Assembly: GCA_017510445.1 (NCBI GenBank)
Contig: JAFWNF010000002.1
Location: 20,294 to 52,293 of the forward strand
Source: Candidatus Saccharimonadota bacterium
GTDB lineage: Bacteria; Patescibacteriota; Saccharimonadia; Saccharimonadales; Saccharimonadaceae
DNA length: 32,000 bases
Direction: 5' to 3'
A program made the position numbers and the translations under genes. The notes beneath the pieces are model-generated. The model was not told where the DNA came from. It was given only the letters and a program-made list of their open reading frames with translations, and did no database searches. Numbering within the stretch: position 1 is the stretch's first letter; each line of letters starts with the position of its first letter. Positions 8,077-16,059 of this stretch are shown in pieces.

Positions 8077-9519
8077 ATGGTCGAAGCAAAAGCTAAAAAT
8101 GGTATGAACCGTTGCCCTAAATGTGGGGCAACGGATACCAGCCTTGATTTAAAATCAGGAAAACTGAAATGCAATTATTGTCGTGCACTTTTTGACGCGA
8201 CAAGTGCCAACGGAGCTACTGATATCAGCCAACTCAAAGGCAGGAAAGTCAGTGGTGGCGCAAAAGACATTATTCCTGATAAAAAAACCATCGTAACCTT
8301 TAAGTGTCCTGCTTGTGGCGCCGAGGTCGTGATAAATGCCGATGAGGCGACCAGCGCTAAATGTCACTGGTGTCGTCACGTCTTTGGTATTAACGAGCAA
8401 ATAGAAAACGGCGCAGTTCCAGACATGGTTCTTCCGTTCAAACTCGACAAAGCTACCGGCGAGAAGAAAATTCGCGAATTTGTCGAAAAGCGTCAATTCT
8501 ATGCTCACCCAGTTTTCAAAAAAGAGTTTACGACCGAAAACACCATGGGCGTTTATTTGCCATATATGGTTGTTGATGTGAACGCTCACGCTTCTTTGTC
8601 TGGTCAGGCCGAGCACCAAACTCGCTCCTACACAGTCCAAATCAACAACCGCACAGTTCGCTATTATGACGCTGATCTTTATAATGTTGCTCGTGATTTT
8701 GATATCGTAATTGATGATTTGACGGTTGAAGCCTCGAAAGATAAATTAAACCAAAACTCTCTAATCAACACTACGAACGTCATTAACGCTATCATGCCTT
8801 TCGACACGGAAAACTGTGTTAGTTGGAACGCAAACTACCTTCGTGGCTTCGCTAGTGAAAAACGTGATGCCAACGTTGAAGACGTTTCTGGCATCGCTAA
8901 GGCTCAAGCTCAGGATATCGCCCGTTTTAAAGTCAAAGAAACTATGGAATTTTATGATCGCGGAGCGGTTTGGTCTTCTGAGTCGATTGATGTCAAAGGC
9001 GCCGAATGGAAATCTGCGTATTTACCAATCTGGCTTTATAGCTATCTTGAGAAAAAAGATGATAAGAAATTGCTTCACTATGTTGCAGTGAATGCCCGTG
9101 ACGGAAAAACAATGGGCAGTGTCCCAATCTACACGGCGAAACTTCTTGCAGTTTCGATTGTGATTGAAGTCTTGTCAATTGTCCTCGGCTTTTTCTGGGC
9201 TTTCATTTGGTTCTCCGATGATGATTCTGCATATGCAGGATTCCTTAGCTTGTTCCCAGGTTTTGTTTATTACTTCATAATCAAGAACAAGTATCGCAAC
9301 ATGAATGCTCGTAATAAACACGAATCGAACACGAAATCAGAAATCAGCAATGTTAAAAAATCTGACACATTCGTAGAGAAACGCACAAGACTCAGGAATT
9401 CTCAAATTGAAGGGAAGAATAGCGACGATGTCAAAGGCACAGTGGCGAAAATGAATAAGAACGGCTTTATGGAAAACATCTCAAGTAAGGTAATCGAAGA
9501 GATAAAGAATCAACAGTAA
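8077..9519 (+). CDS. double zinc-ribbon membrane protein (YdjG-like partner of the SPFH protein)
   Basis: Two CxxC...CxxC ribbons (CPKCGA...CNYC and CPACGA...CHWC), a central globular region, two TM helices near residues 385-440, and a K/N/S-rich tail. The start is 3 nt after the upstream stop, with GGAG inside the upstream 3' end. Confidence 0.6.
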   Translation: MVEAKAKNGMNRCPKCGATDTSLDLKSGKLKCNYCRALFDATSANGATDISQLKGRKVSGGAKDIIPDKKTIVTFKCPACGAEVVINADEATSAKCHWCRHVFGINEQIENGAVPDMVLPFKLDKATGEKKIREFVEKRQFYAHPVFKKEFTTENTMGVYLPYMVVDVNAHASLSGQAEHQTRSYTVQINNRTVRYYDADLYNVARDFDIVIDDLTVEASKDKLNQNSLINTTNVINAIMPFDTENCVSWNANYLRGFASEKRDANVEDVSGIAKAQAQDIARFKVKETMEFYDRGAVWSSESIDVKGAEWKSAYLPIWLYSYLEKKDDKKLLHYVAVNARDGKTMGSVPIYTAKLLAVSIVIEVLSIVLGFFWAFIWFSDDDSAYAGFLSLFPGFVYYFIIKNKYRNMNARNKHESNTKSEISNVKKSDTFVEKRTRLRNSQIEGKNSDDVKGTVAKMNKNGFMENISSKVIEEIKNQQ

Positions 9520-9532
9520 TCCAAACAAAAAA

Positions 9533-9561
9533 GCTCCCCTAGAAAACAGGGGAACTTTTTT
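9533..9561 (+). terminator. intrinsic terminator of the SPFH/zinc-ribbon pair
   Basis: Stem TCCCCT / AGGGGA with a 7-nt loop, followed by TTTTTT at 9556-9561. Confidence 0.8.
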
Positions 9562-9660
9562 GTTTAGATTATTAGCATTCGAAAATAACAGGGTTTTCCA
9601 ACCCATATCAACATTATAGCACACTTATTTAAAAAAGTCAAGCATAATAGAAATAAACCA

Positions 9661-9794
9661 ATAAAAAACCGCCTTAAGGCGTGAATTTATAGTGGTGCAC
9701 CTAATATCTCCAAATTTAAATTTTTTTAGCTCAATTAAATCGTGCGATTTCGATGAGCTAAGTAAAGAACTTAATCGCTGGAAAGATGCACTCC
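9661..9794 (-). ncRNA. candidate ~130-nt structured transcript or 3'UTR element downstream of the ABC operon
   Basis: Three minus-strand elements support this. There is a TGATATAAT at 9809-9801. A nested hairpin TTAGCTCA-TCG-AAATCG-CA-CGATTT-AAT-TGAGCTAA spans 9761-9726. A short hairpin CGCC-TTAA-GGCG plus T-run lies at about 9680-9661. No ORF is convincing. Confidence 0.25.
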
Positions 9795-9837
9795 ACAATG
9801 ATTATATCAGGTGGCAGGTGGTTCATAAATAGTACGA

Positions 9838-10569
9838 CTACTTATTATCACTAATCATCCTTTTTTTAAATATAATAATTGATAACAAAATAACCGCTAC
9901 GAAATAAAATAAGAATACTATTATATGAACAAGTGTTAAGTTATTAAAATCATTATGCAATGTTCCTTGAATTATATTTAAACAAGCCTCAAATGGTAAT
10001 GCTTTACATATAGCTTCAAATACTCCACCCATTGCTTCTATAGGAAAATACATTCCACTTGTAAAGCATACTAATTGAACAACTATACTTCCTAAACCAC
10101 CTGTTCCTTTTTCGCTAACTAAACTTCCAATTAGTATTCCTAATGATATAAAGAATATAGAAATTATCACAGACACTAATATAGTTGGAATTATACTAAT
10201 TGTAAATTCTAATCCCATAATAATAGCAGTTAAGAAAAACAAATCATTTTGAATTAACACTATTGGCAATAATGATAATATATATCCTAAAATATAATCA
10301 CTTGATTTCATTGGAGATGTCCCAAGTCTAATTAAAAGTGATGAAGTTCTATCCTTTGCAATTAATGTAGCAGTAAACAATGTAATAAATGAAAAACCAA
10401 ATAGAATTATAGATGGTGTGAAGTTTTCTAATCGATAATTATCCGCTGGTATATTAAATTGCTGAAATATAAATAATAAAAATAATGGCAACACGATTTC
10501 AAATATTAAACTTAAAGGATCTCTAATTAATTCCTTAAAATTTCTTTTAGCAAAATTAATCATTCTCAT
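9838..10569 (-). CDS. ABC-2 type transporter permease
   Basis: 243 aa with 6 predicted TM segments. An ATGA overlap joins it to the upstream ATPase gene. Very AT-rich. Confidence 0.8.
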   Translation of the reverse strand: MRMINFAKRNFKELIRDPLSLIFEIVLPLFLLFIFQQFNIPADNYRLENFTPSIILFGFSFITLFTATLIAKDRTSSLLIRLGTSPMKSSDYILGYILSLLPIVLIQNDLFFLTAIIMGLEFTISIIPTILVSVIISIFFISLGILIGSLVSEKGTGGLGSIVVQLVCFTSGMYFPIEAMGGVFEAICKALPFEACLNIIQGTLHNDFNNLTLVHIIVFLFYFVAVILLSIIIFKKRMISDNK

Positions 10570-11291
10570 TTTAGTTCACCCCAAGTTGCAATAGATACAA
10601 AAGCATCTTCGAAGTTTTTAGTTTTAGCCTTTTTAATTAATTCTTCTGAAGTACCAACATCAATAAGACTACCATTTGCCATTATACCAATTCTGTCCGA
10701 TAATCTTTCTGCTTCCTCCATATAATGAGTTGTTAATATAATTGTTATTTTGCCTTTTAATGAATTAATAATTTTCCATAGTTCTTTTCTTGCAATAACA
10801 TCTAATCCTAATGTTGGTTCATCTAAAAACAATATTTTTGGATCGTTTATTAAGCTTATTGCAACAGATACTTTTCTCTGCCAACCACCTGATAAAGTTT
10901 TTGCTTTTTTGTTTAGTACATCATTAAGCTTAAACTGTTTAATGAGTTCATTAATCTTTTTTTCTTTATCTTTTATCTGGTAAACTCCAGCCATAAATTC
11001 TAAGTTTTCTTTTACGGTTAAATTCGGAGCAACAGCAGTTTCCTGTGGCGATACATTTAAGATTTCTTTAATTTTAAACACATCTTTTTTCATATTCATA
11101 TCTTCGATTATTATCTCGCCAGAAGTTGGAAGTATTAAGCCAGAAAGCATCTTTATTGTAGTTGTTTTTCCAGCTCCGTTTACTCCTAAAAGTGCAAATA
11201 TTTCGCCTCGTTTAATATTTAAATCAATTTCATTTACAGCTACCTTATCTTTAAATTTTTTTGTTAATTTTTTTGTTTTAATCGCAATCAT
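10566..11291 (-). CDS. ABC transporter ATP-binding protein
   Basis: Walker A GVNGAGKTT, signature LSGGWQRK, Walker B ILFLDEPT and an H-loop TTHYM. Confidence 0.95.
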   Translation of the reverse strand: MIAIKTKKLTKKFKDKVAVNEIDLNIKRGEIFALLGVNGAGKTTTIKMLSGLILPTSGEIIIEDMNMKKDVFKIKEILNVSPQETAVAPNLTVKENLEFMAGVYQIKDKEKKINELIKQFKLNDVLNKKAKTLSGGWQRKVSVAISLINDPKILFLDEPTLGLDVIARKELWKIINSLKGKITIILTTHYMEEAERLSDRIGIMANGSLIDVGTSEELIKKAKTKNFEDAFVSIATWGELK

Positions 11292-11494
11292 TGTTTATTA
11301 CCTCCTTTTGGGAATACTTTATCAGACAAATCTTCAATTGCATCTGCTTTTAATAGCGCAATACCCTTTTCTTTATCACATAATACGATAATAGAATCCC
11401 CAGGATTAATATCAAACATATCCCTTGCTTCCTTTGGGATTACAATTTGTCCTTTTTCTCCAACTTTAGCAATACCTACAAATTTATCTTTCAT
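11288..11494 (-). CDS. AbrB/MazE/SpoVT-family DNA-binding protein (68 aa)
   Basis: Looped-hinge-helix motif GQIVIPKEARDMFDINPGDSIIV. SD AAAGGAG is present. An ATGA overlap joins it to the ATPase gene. Confidence 0.85.
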   Translation of the reverse strand: MKDKFVGIAKVGEKGQIVIPKEARDMFDINPGDSIIVLCDKEKGIALLKADAIEDLSDKVFPKGGNKQ

Positions 11495-11507
11495 ATAAGT
11501 CTCCTTT

Positions 11508-11527
11508 AAGTATAACTAGTTATACTT
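11508..11527. promoter_or_regulatory. perfect 20-bp palindrome AAGTATAACTAGTTATACTT (putative operator) in the AbrB-operon leader
   Basis: The sequence is self-complementary. It sits between the predicted -10 and the SD. Further ATACTT hexamers occur at 11531-11536 and 11541-11546. Confidence 0.5.
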
Positions 11528-11537
11528 TTCATACTTA

Positions 11538-11566
11538 ATTATACTTTTATTATTCTCAAAAGTAAA
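11538..11566 (-). promoter_or_regulatory. sigma70-type promoter of the AbrB/ABC operon
   Basis: On the minus strand: TTTACT (11566-11561), a 17-nt spacer, then TATAAT (11543-11538). Confidence 0.5.
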
Positions 11567-11669
11567 CATATTGAGAACTCGAAATACTACGAGTTTTGCA
11601 TTCTGAAAATTAACCCAAAATCTGAGATGGTGATGTACGAATGCTTATAAAATAAATATTCAAGATTAC

Positions 11670-11692
11670 AACAAAATAAGGCTCCTAGAGCC
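11670..11692 (-). terminator. hairpin plus T-run downstream of tRNA-Gly
   Basis: On the minus strand the stem is GGCTC / GAGCC (11692-11680) with a 3-nt loop, followed by TTATTTTGTTG. Confidence 0.45.
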
Positions 11693-11699
11693 ATAAAAA

Positions 11700-11776
11700 T
11701 GGTGCGAGCGAAGAGACTCTAACTCTCGACCTCTTCCTTGGCAAGGAAGCGCTCTAAACAACTGAGCTACGCTCGC
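11700..11776 (-). tRNA. tRNA-Gly (anticodon GCC), CCA encoded
   Basis: A hand-folded 77-nt cloverleaf: acceptor GCGAGCG/CGCTCGC, D arm GCTC-AGTTGTTTA-GAGC, anticodon arm CTTCC-TTGCCAA-GGAAG, T arm GAGAG-TTAGAGT-CTCTT, then A73 and CCA. Confidence 0.9.
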
Positions 11777-11817
11777 AACTATATTTATTATATCAAAAAA
11801 CTTATAGAAAAACAAGA

Positions 11818-12687
11818 TTATCTATGTTTTGCGTAAAATGCAAGCCCAACAGTATCCGGACCACAATGAGCACCGATAGTTGGGTTTACAGTCGTTGTTT
11901 CAATCTTCAATCCCTTACCATATTTTTCTTCCAGCTTATCTTTCATTTCTTGGACAAGCTCATCATTATCGGCTGAAGCCAAAATAATTCTGTGCTCCTT
12001 TGGGTCAACGCTTAGTTCTTCAAAATAGCCAACAAGTTTTTCAACAGCACGGAATCGCCCCTTTTCTTTGCCAATATTTAGCATTTTCCCTTCATCGTTC
12101 ATATAAATAATTGGACGAATACCAAGAAGAGTTCCCATCGTGCCAGCCAAATTCGAAACGCGACCCGATTGTTTGAAAAACTTTAAATCGTCCGCAAAGA
12201 AATAACAAGCATAGTGTTTTACTTCTTTTTTTGCCCATTCTAGAACCTCTTCGACCGTTTTTCCGTTTTTAAATAAGTCGGCGATTTCTTTAGCAATGAC
12301 ATATCCCAAAATCGAAATACCAAGCGTATCGACTTCGTAAAACTTTCTTTCAGGATATTTTTCTTTCAGTTTCTCAACAGCTTTATCCATTGCATCGAAA
12401 GTTCCAGACATATTTCGGGAAAAATGAACGTAAAAAATATCATTGCCCTTTTTAAATTCTGGCTCAAAATACTCGACATATTTTTCTTCACTAATTGAAC
12501 TTGTCTTTGGTAAAGTCCCACCTCGAAGCTGTTCATAGAATTCATGTGCTTTAAACTCGTCCCAAGACTCGTAGGGATAAATTAAATCATTACCAATACT
12601 ATAAGGCATACTTATGAGCTTATAGCCAAGCTCCTTTGCTTCTTTTTTCGTCAAGTCCATATCTGTATCGGCGAATAAAACTAACAT
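11818..12687 (-). CDS. fakB: DegV-family fatty-acid-binding protein (FakB-like)
   Basis: 289 aa with DegV-like termini (LFADTDMDL... and ...GAHCGPDTVGLAFY). SD AGGAGG is present. It lies directly downstream of the DAK2 gene. Confidence 0.85.
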   Translation of the reverse strand: MLVLFADTDMDLTKKEAKELGYKLISMPYSIGNDLIYPYESWDEFKAHEFYEQLRGGTLPKTSSISEEKYVEYFEPEFKKGNDIFYVHFSRNMSGTFDAMDKAVEKLKEKYPERKFYEVDTLGISILGYVIAKEIADLFKNGKTVEEVLEWAKKEVKHYACYFFADDLKFFKQSGRVSNLAGTMGTLLGIRPIIYMNDEGKMLNIGKEKGRFRAVEKLVGYFEELSVDPKEHRIILASADNDELVQEMKDKLEEKYGKGLKIETTTVNPTIGAHCGPDTVGLAFYAKHR

Positions 12688-12694
12688 TTTCCTC

Positions 12695-14350
12695 CTATTC
12701 CAGAATTAAGATATAATCGTAAATTGGCTGACCGCCGTCGAGTAAATAAAACTCTAGCCTATTATACTTTTCTTTCAAGATTTTTTCCATCTCCTTTGCT
12801 TCATTCTCGCCAACATTTTCGCCATAAAATAGAATACAGATATCGAAATTTTCAGCTCCAAGCTTCTCAGCTAGTTCTGGAATAATATCTTTTCGTTCTT
12901 TTTTATCAACTAGAATTCTACCATCAGAAAAGCCAAGAAAATCGCCTTGTTTAATATCTAGTCCATCCATCTTTGTGTCACGCGAAGCTTGAGAGACCTG
13001 GCCAGTTACAACGCCAGAAACGATCCCATTCAACTCGTCTATCAAAGTGTTGATGTCTTCTGCGTTTGTATCAAACATAGAAATGGCAGAATATCCTTCC
13101 CCAATAGTTTTTGTTTTTATTACGCGAATATCCTTTTCCGTTGCTTCGGAAGCTTGTTCGGCCGTCATAATGATGTTTTTGTTGTTCGGGAAAACAAAAA
13201 TTGTTTCAGCATTAATTTGATTAAAGGCATCTACAAAATCGCTTGTTGACGGGTTCATGCTTTGCCCGCCAGGAATCACAACATCGCAACCCAGTTCTTT
13301 AAAAGTATCAACGACACCTTTACCATTCGCAACTGTAACGATTCCGTATTTTTTTCTCGGCGCTATATTTTGAACGCTATAAGTATTTCTAATCACGGAA
13401 TTATTGTGTTGCAAGGACATGTTTTCAATCTTAAGTTTTAAAAATTCGCCGAGTTGTTGGCAGTGATTCAAGACTTCGCCAGGATTTTTTGTATGAACGT
13501 GAGCCTTGACGACGCTTCCATCCTTAAAGCAAACCACGGAGTCGCCGACGGATTTTAGATAATTCGTAAAGTCATCAACGCTAAATTCAGAAATGTTTGT
13601 CTTTTTATTTTGAAGTCTTAAAAGAAACTCCGTACAATAACCGAACTCAAGTTCGCTATCTTCCGTAAAAAGGGAAATATCAAGTTCTTCAAATTCATTT
13701 TTTCTAGTTTTGAGAAAATCTGCATCGACTTTTTCACCATCAAAAGCAAACTGCATACCCTCAAAAATATACAGCAGGCCGACTCCACCACTATCAACAA
13801 CCCCAGCCTCTTTTAATGAGGGTAAAAGCTCTGGTGTTCTATCGACTGATCGCTTCATCTCGCGCGCCAAAAATTCAAAGTAATCTTCAAAAGTCGTTTC
13901 GCTCGTCATTTCTTTATGTGCAGAATTAACGCCATCACGAATTACAGTCAGAATTGTTCCTTCAACAGGTTTCGCAACAGCTGAATACGCTTCACTAACT
14001 GCCATCTTCATTGCATTATCAAATTCTTGCAGGTTCGCTTCTACTTTTCCTTCAAGACCTTTTGCTAGTCCAGCAAAAATTCTCGATAAAATTACACCAG
14101 AATTCCCACGCGCGCCAAGAAGCACGGCGCGCATTACTGCGTCGGAAGTTTTTGCTAATGAAACTGGATCATCAATATCTTCTGAAGAAGCGGCAGAATT
14201 AATTGTGAGCGACATATTATCGCCAGTATCACCGTCAGGAACAGGAAAAACATTAAGTTCATTAACAATTTCTTTTTTCTCGGCCAAATTTTTTGCGCCA
14301 CATCGAATCATATCGGCGAAAAGAGCGCCGTTTAATTTTAGAGTATTCAC
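12695..14350 (-). CDS. fakA: DAK2-domain protein, fatty acid kinase catalytic subunit (FakA/YloV-like)
   Basis: 551 aa with the DAK2 motif PDGDTGDNM and ARGNSG. A GTG start overlaps the plsY stop (GTGA). Confidence 0.85.
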   Translation of the reverse strand: MNTLKLNGALFADMIRCGAKNLAEKKEIVNELNVFPVPDGDTGDNMSLTINSAASSEDIDDPVSLAKTSDAVMRAVLLGARGNSGVILSRIFAGLAKGLEGKVEANLQEFDNAMKMAVSEAYSAVAKPVEGTILTVIRDGVNSAHKEMTSETTFEDYFEFLAREMKRSVDRTPELLPSLKEAGVVDSGGVGLLYIFEGMQFAFDGEKVDADFLKTRKNEFEELDISLFTEDSELEFGYCTEFLLRLQNKKTNISEFSVDDFTNYLKSVGDSVVCFKDGSVVKAHVHTKNPGEVLNHCQQLGEFLKLKIENMSLQHNNSVIRNTYSVQNIAPRKKYGIVTVANGKGVVDTFKELGCDVVIPGGQSMNPSTSDFVDAFNQINAETIFVFPNNKNIIMTAEQASEATEKDIRVIKTKTIGEGYSAISMFDTNAEDINTLIDELNGIVSGVVTGQVSQASRDTKMDGLDIKQGDFLGFSDGRILVDKKERKDIIPELAEKLGAENFDICILFYGENVGENEAKEMEKILKEKYNRLEFYLLDGGQPIYDYILILE

Positions 14351-14994
14351 TTAGCTAAACTCGCTTTCTTTCGGTGGCTTCTTTTCTTTCCCTCGACTGC
14401 AAACAAAGGAGAATGCTTTAGAATTGAGACCAATGAAATCAATATTACTCCGCCCGCAATTGGCAGTTGTTCGAAATATACACCAATTAAAATCGCAGAA
14501 AAGATCAAAATAGAAAACATAATATAGGCACGTTTATTACCAGGAATTTTTACAATAGTTTCAAAAACAATATTTAGAATTCCAAGTATAACCAATGGAA
14601 TTGGCGAAATCATCGTTACGAAAAGCGCAGTTAACTCGCCGTAAATTGTGGCGATACATTTTCCGCCAGTGAAACCGTGGAATATTGAAAAAGCATGACC
14701 AAGCACTGGTGCAAGAATAACTAGTACAATTGCAAAGCTATTATAATCGAGATATTTTAGCGCAATAAAAACAGGTAAGAATCCTTTCAAAAGGTCAAGA
14801 AAGAGCCCGGAAATACCAGCTACTTTTCCGCAATACCAAAACGCATTAGCGGCTCCAGGATTTTTATCTTTGCTGACCTTACAAATATCTGTATGAAAAA
14901 AAACGAGACAAATAAGTCGACAGAACATTATACTGCCGAGAAAATATCCGCCAATAATCAATCCTAACCAAGGCAAAATTGATTCAGTAATCAT
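14347..14994 (-). CDS. plsY: acyl-phosphate:glycerol-3-phosphate acyltransferase
   Basis: 215 aa polytopic protein with the NPGAANAF motif and PlsY-like topology. A TATAAT and SD GAGGA lie in the 42-nt gap upstream. Confidence 0.85.
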   Translation of the reverse strand: MITESILPWLGLIIGGYFLGSIMFCRLICLVFFHTDICKVSKDKNPGAANAFWYCGKVAGISGLFLDLLKGFLPVFIALKYLDYNSFAIVLVILAPVLGHAFSIFHGFTGGKCIATIYGELTALFVTMISPIPLVILGILNIVFETIVKIPGNKRAYIMFSILIFSAILIGVYFEQLPIAGGVILISLVSILKHSPLFAVEGKKRSHRKKASLAK

Positions 14995-15036
14995 AACTAT
15001 CCTCGAATATCATTATAACCTTAAACGAATCCTAAA

Positions 15037-16059
15037 TCAAGCTTTAGTTGTTTTGGCTTCCTTTTCTTCCAAGATTTTTTTATAGAAATCGGTCCAAATT
15101 TTTAGAACATGTTCTTTACTATAAAAATCACTAATTTCTTTTGAGAGTTTTGAATATTTTTCATAAGTTTTTTGGTTATTTTTCAACTTTTCTATCTGTG
15201 TAATAAAATCGTCAACATTTTTTCCAACCAAATATTTATCAAATAAAATATCATGATACAAATTTAAATCGCGAAGAACCAAGGGTTTTTCGGCATTAAC
15301 GGCTTCAAGAATTGACATCGGGAAAAGCTCGTTAAAACTAGGCATAAAAAGCACATCGGCCATATTGTAGACGTCATTCATCTTTTCTCTTTCAATAATT
15401 CCTGTAAAGATGACATTCTCTGGTGGATTATCACAGATTTTTTTAAGCTCATTATAGCCGTCAGTAATTTTTCCAAACGAAAACCCTCCACACCAAACAA
15501 AAGTAATTTCTGGCATTTTTTTCGCAACTTCCACAAAGTCGAGTACGCCTTTTCTGGTCTGAATTTGCCCAACACCTAAAACCACAAAGCTTTTTTCAGG
15601 AATTTTGAACTTTTTTCTTAAATCACTCTTTTTCTTAAAAAATTTTTCTTTAGAAACATAATTTGGAATGTATGTTATTTTTTTTCGTGGAATTCCAAAC
15701 TTGACTAAATCGCTAATAAAAATCGGATTAACAACAACAAGATGTTCGGCGCGATTATAAAACTTCGTAACATATTTTTTAAAAACTCTGAATGCAATTT
15801 TTGGAAGTTTAATACTTCCATCTAAGGTAGTTGGTAGAAAATGTACATAACAAACACTTGCACCTTGCTTCATTTTGAAAAAATATCTTGGATCAACAGT
15901 GTGCGTATGCGTTATATCACATTTTTTTCGGCTGTTAATAAAAACTTCGAAATCTTCAGATTCTTTTAGCAAATTTATAAGTTCAATATATGCACTTCCA
16001 ACTCCTTGCCCTGCAACTTTGTCGGCGTTTGAAAGCATATTTATACTTATTTTTTTCAT
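15037..16059 (-). CDS. GT-B fold glycosyltransferase, family 4 (possible glycolipid synthase)
   Basis: EX7E motif (NELFPMSILE) and a GT4-like layout. I chose the start at 16059 (MKKISINML) because AGGAG lies 7 nt upstream. The ORF track extends the frame to 16095. Confidence 0.8.
   Translation of the reverse strand: MKKISINMLSNADKVAGQGVGSAYIELINLLKESEDFEVFINSRKKCDITHTHTVDPRYFFKMKQGASVCYVHFLPTTLDGSIKLPKIAFRVFKKYVTKFYNRAEHLVVVNPIFISDLVKFGIPRKKITYIPNYVSKEKFFKKKSDLRKKFKIPEKSFVVLGVGQIQTRKGVLDFVEVAKKMPEITFVWCGGFSFGKITDGYNELKKICDNPPENVIFTGIIEREKMNDVYNMADVLFMPSFNELFPMSILEAVNAEKPLVLRDLNLYHDILFDKYLVGKNVDDFITQIEKLKNNQKTYEKYSKLSKEISDFYSKEHVLKIWTDFYKKILEEKEAKTTKA

Noticed and set aside
7009-8174. ORFs overlapping the SPFH gene (7009-7461 -, 7564-7950 -, 7598-7834 +, 7865-8107 +, 7917-8174 -).
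   Set aside because: They are artefacts of the biased CCA/GCT/GAA repeat composition of the Pro/Ala-rich tail and of antisense reading. Their translations are compositionally implausible, for example HQKLQ repeats and AG-rich runs.
9696-9795. tRNA-like appearance on the + strand: GTGCACC ... GATGCAC-T-CCA could pair 6/7 as an acceptor stem.
   Set aside because: The span is 100 nt and has no recognisable D, anticodon or T arms. The internal hairpin does not fit a cloverleaf. The similarity of TGGTGCA to the tRNA-Gly 3' end (TGGTGCG) is only 6-7 nt.
9758-9826. 22-codon minus-strand ORF (MNHLPPDIIIVECIFPAIKFFT) just after the permease stop.
   Set aside because: It has no SD and overlaps the promoter-like TGATATAAT. 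It is very short and nothing supports it beyond being open.
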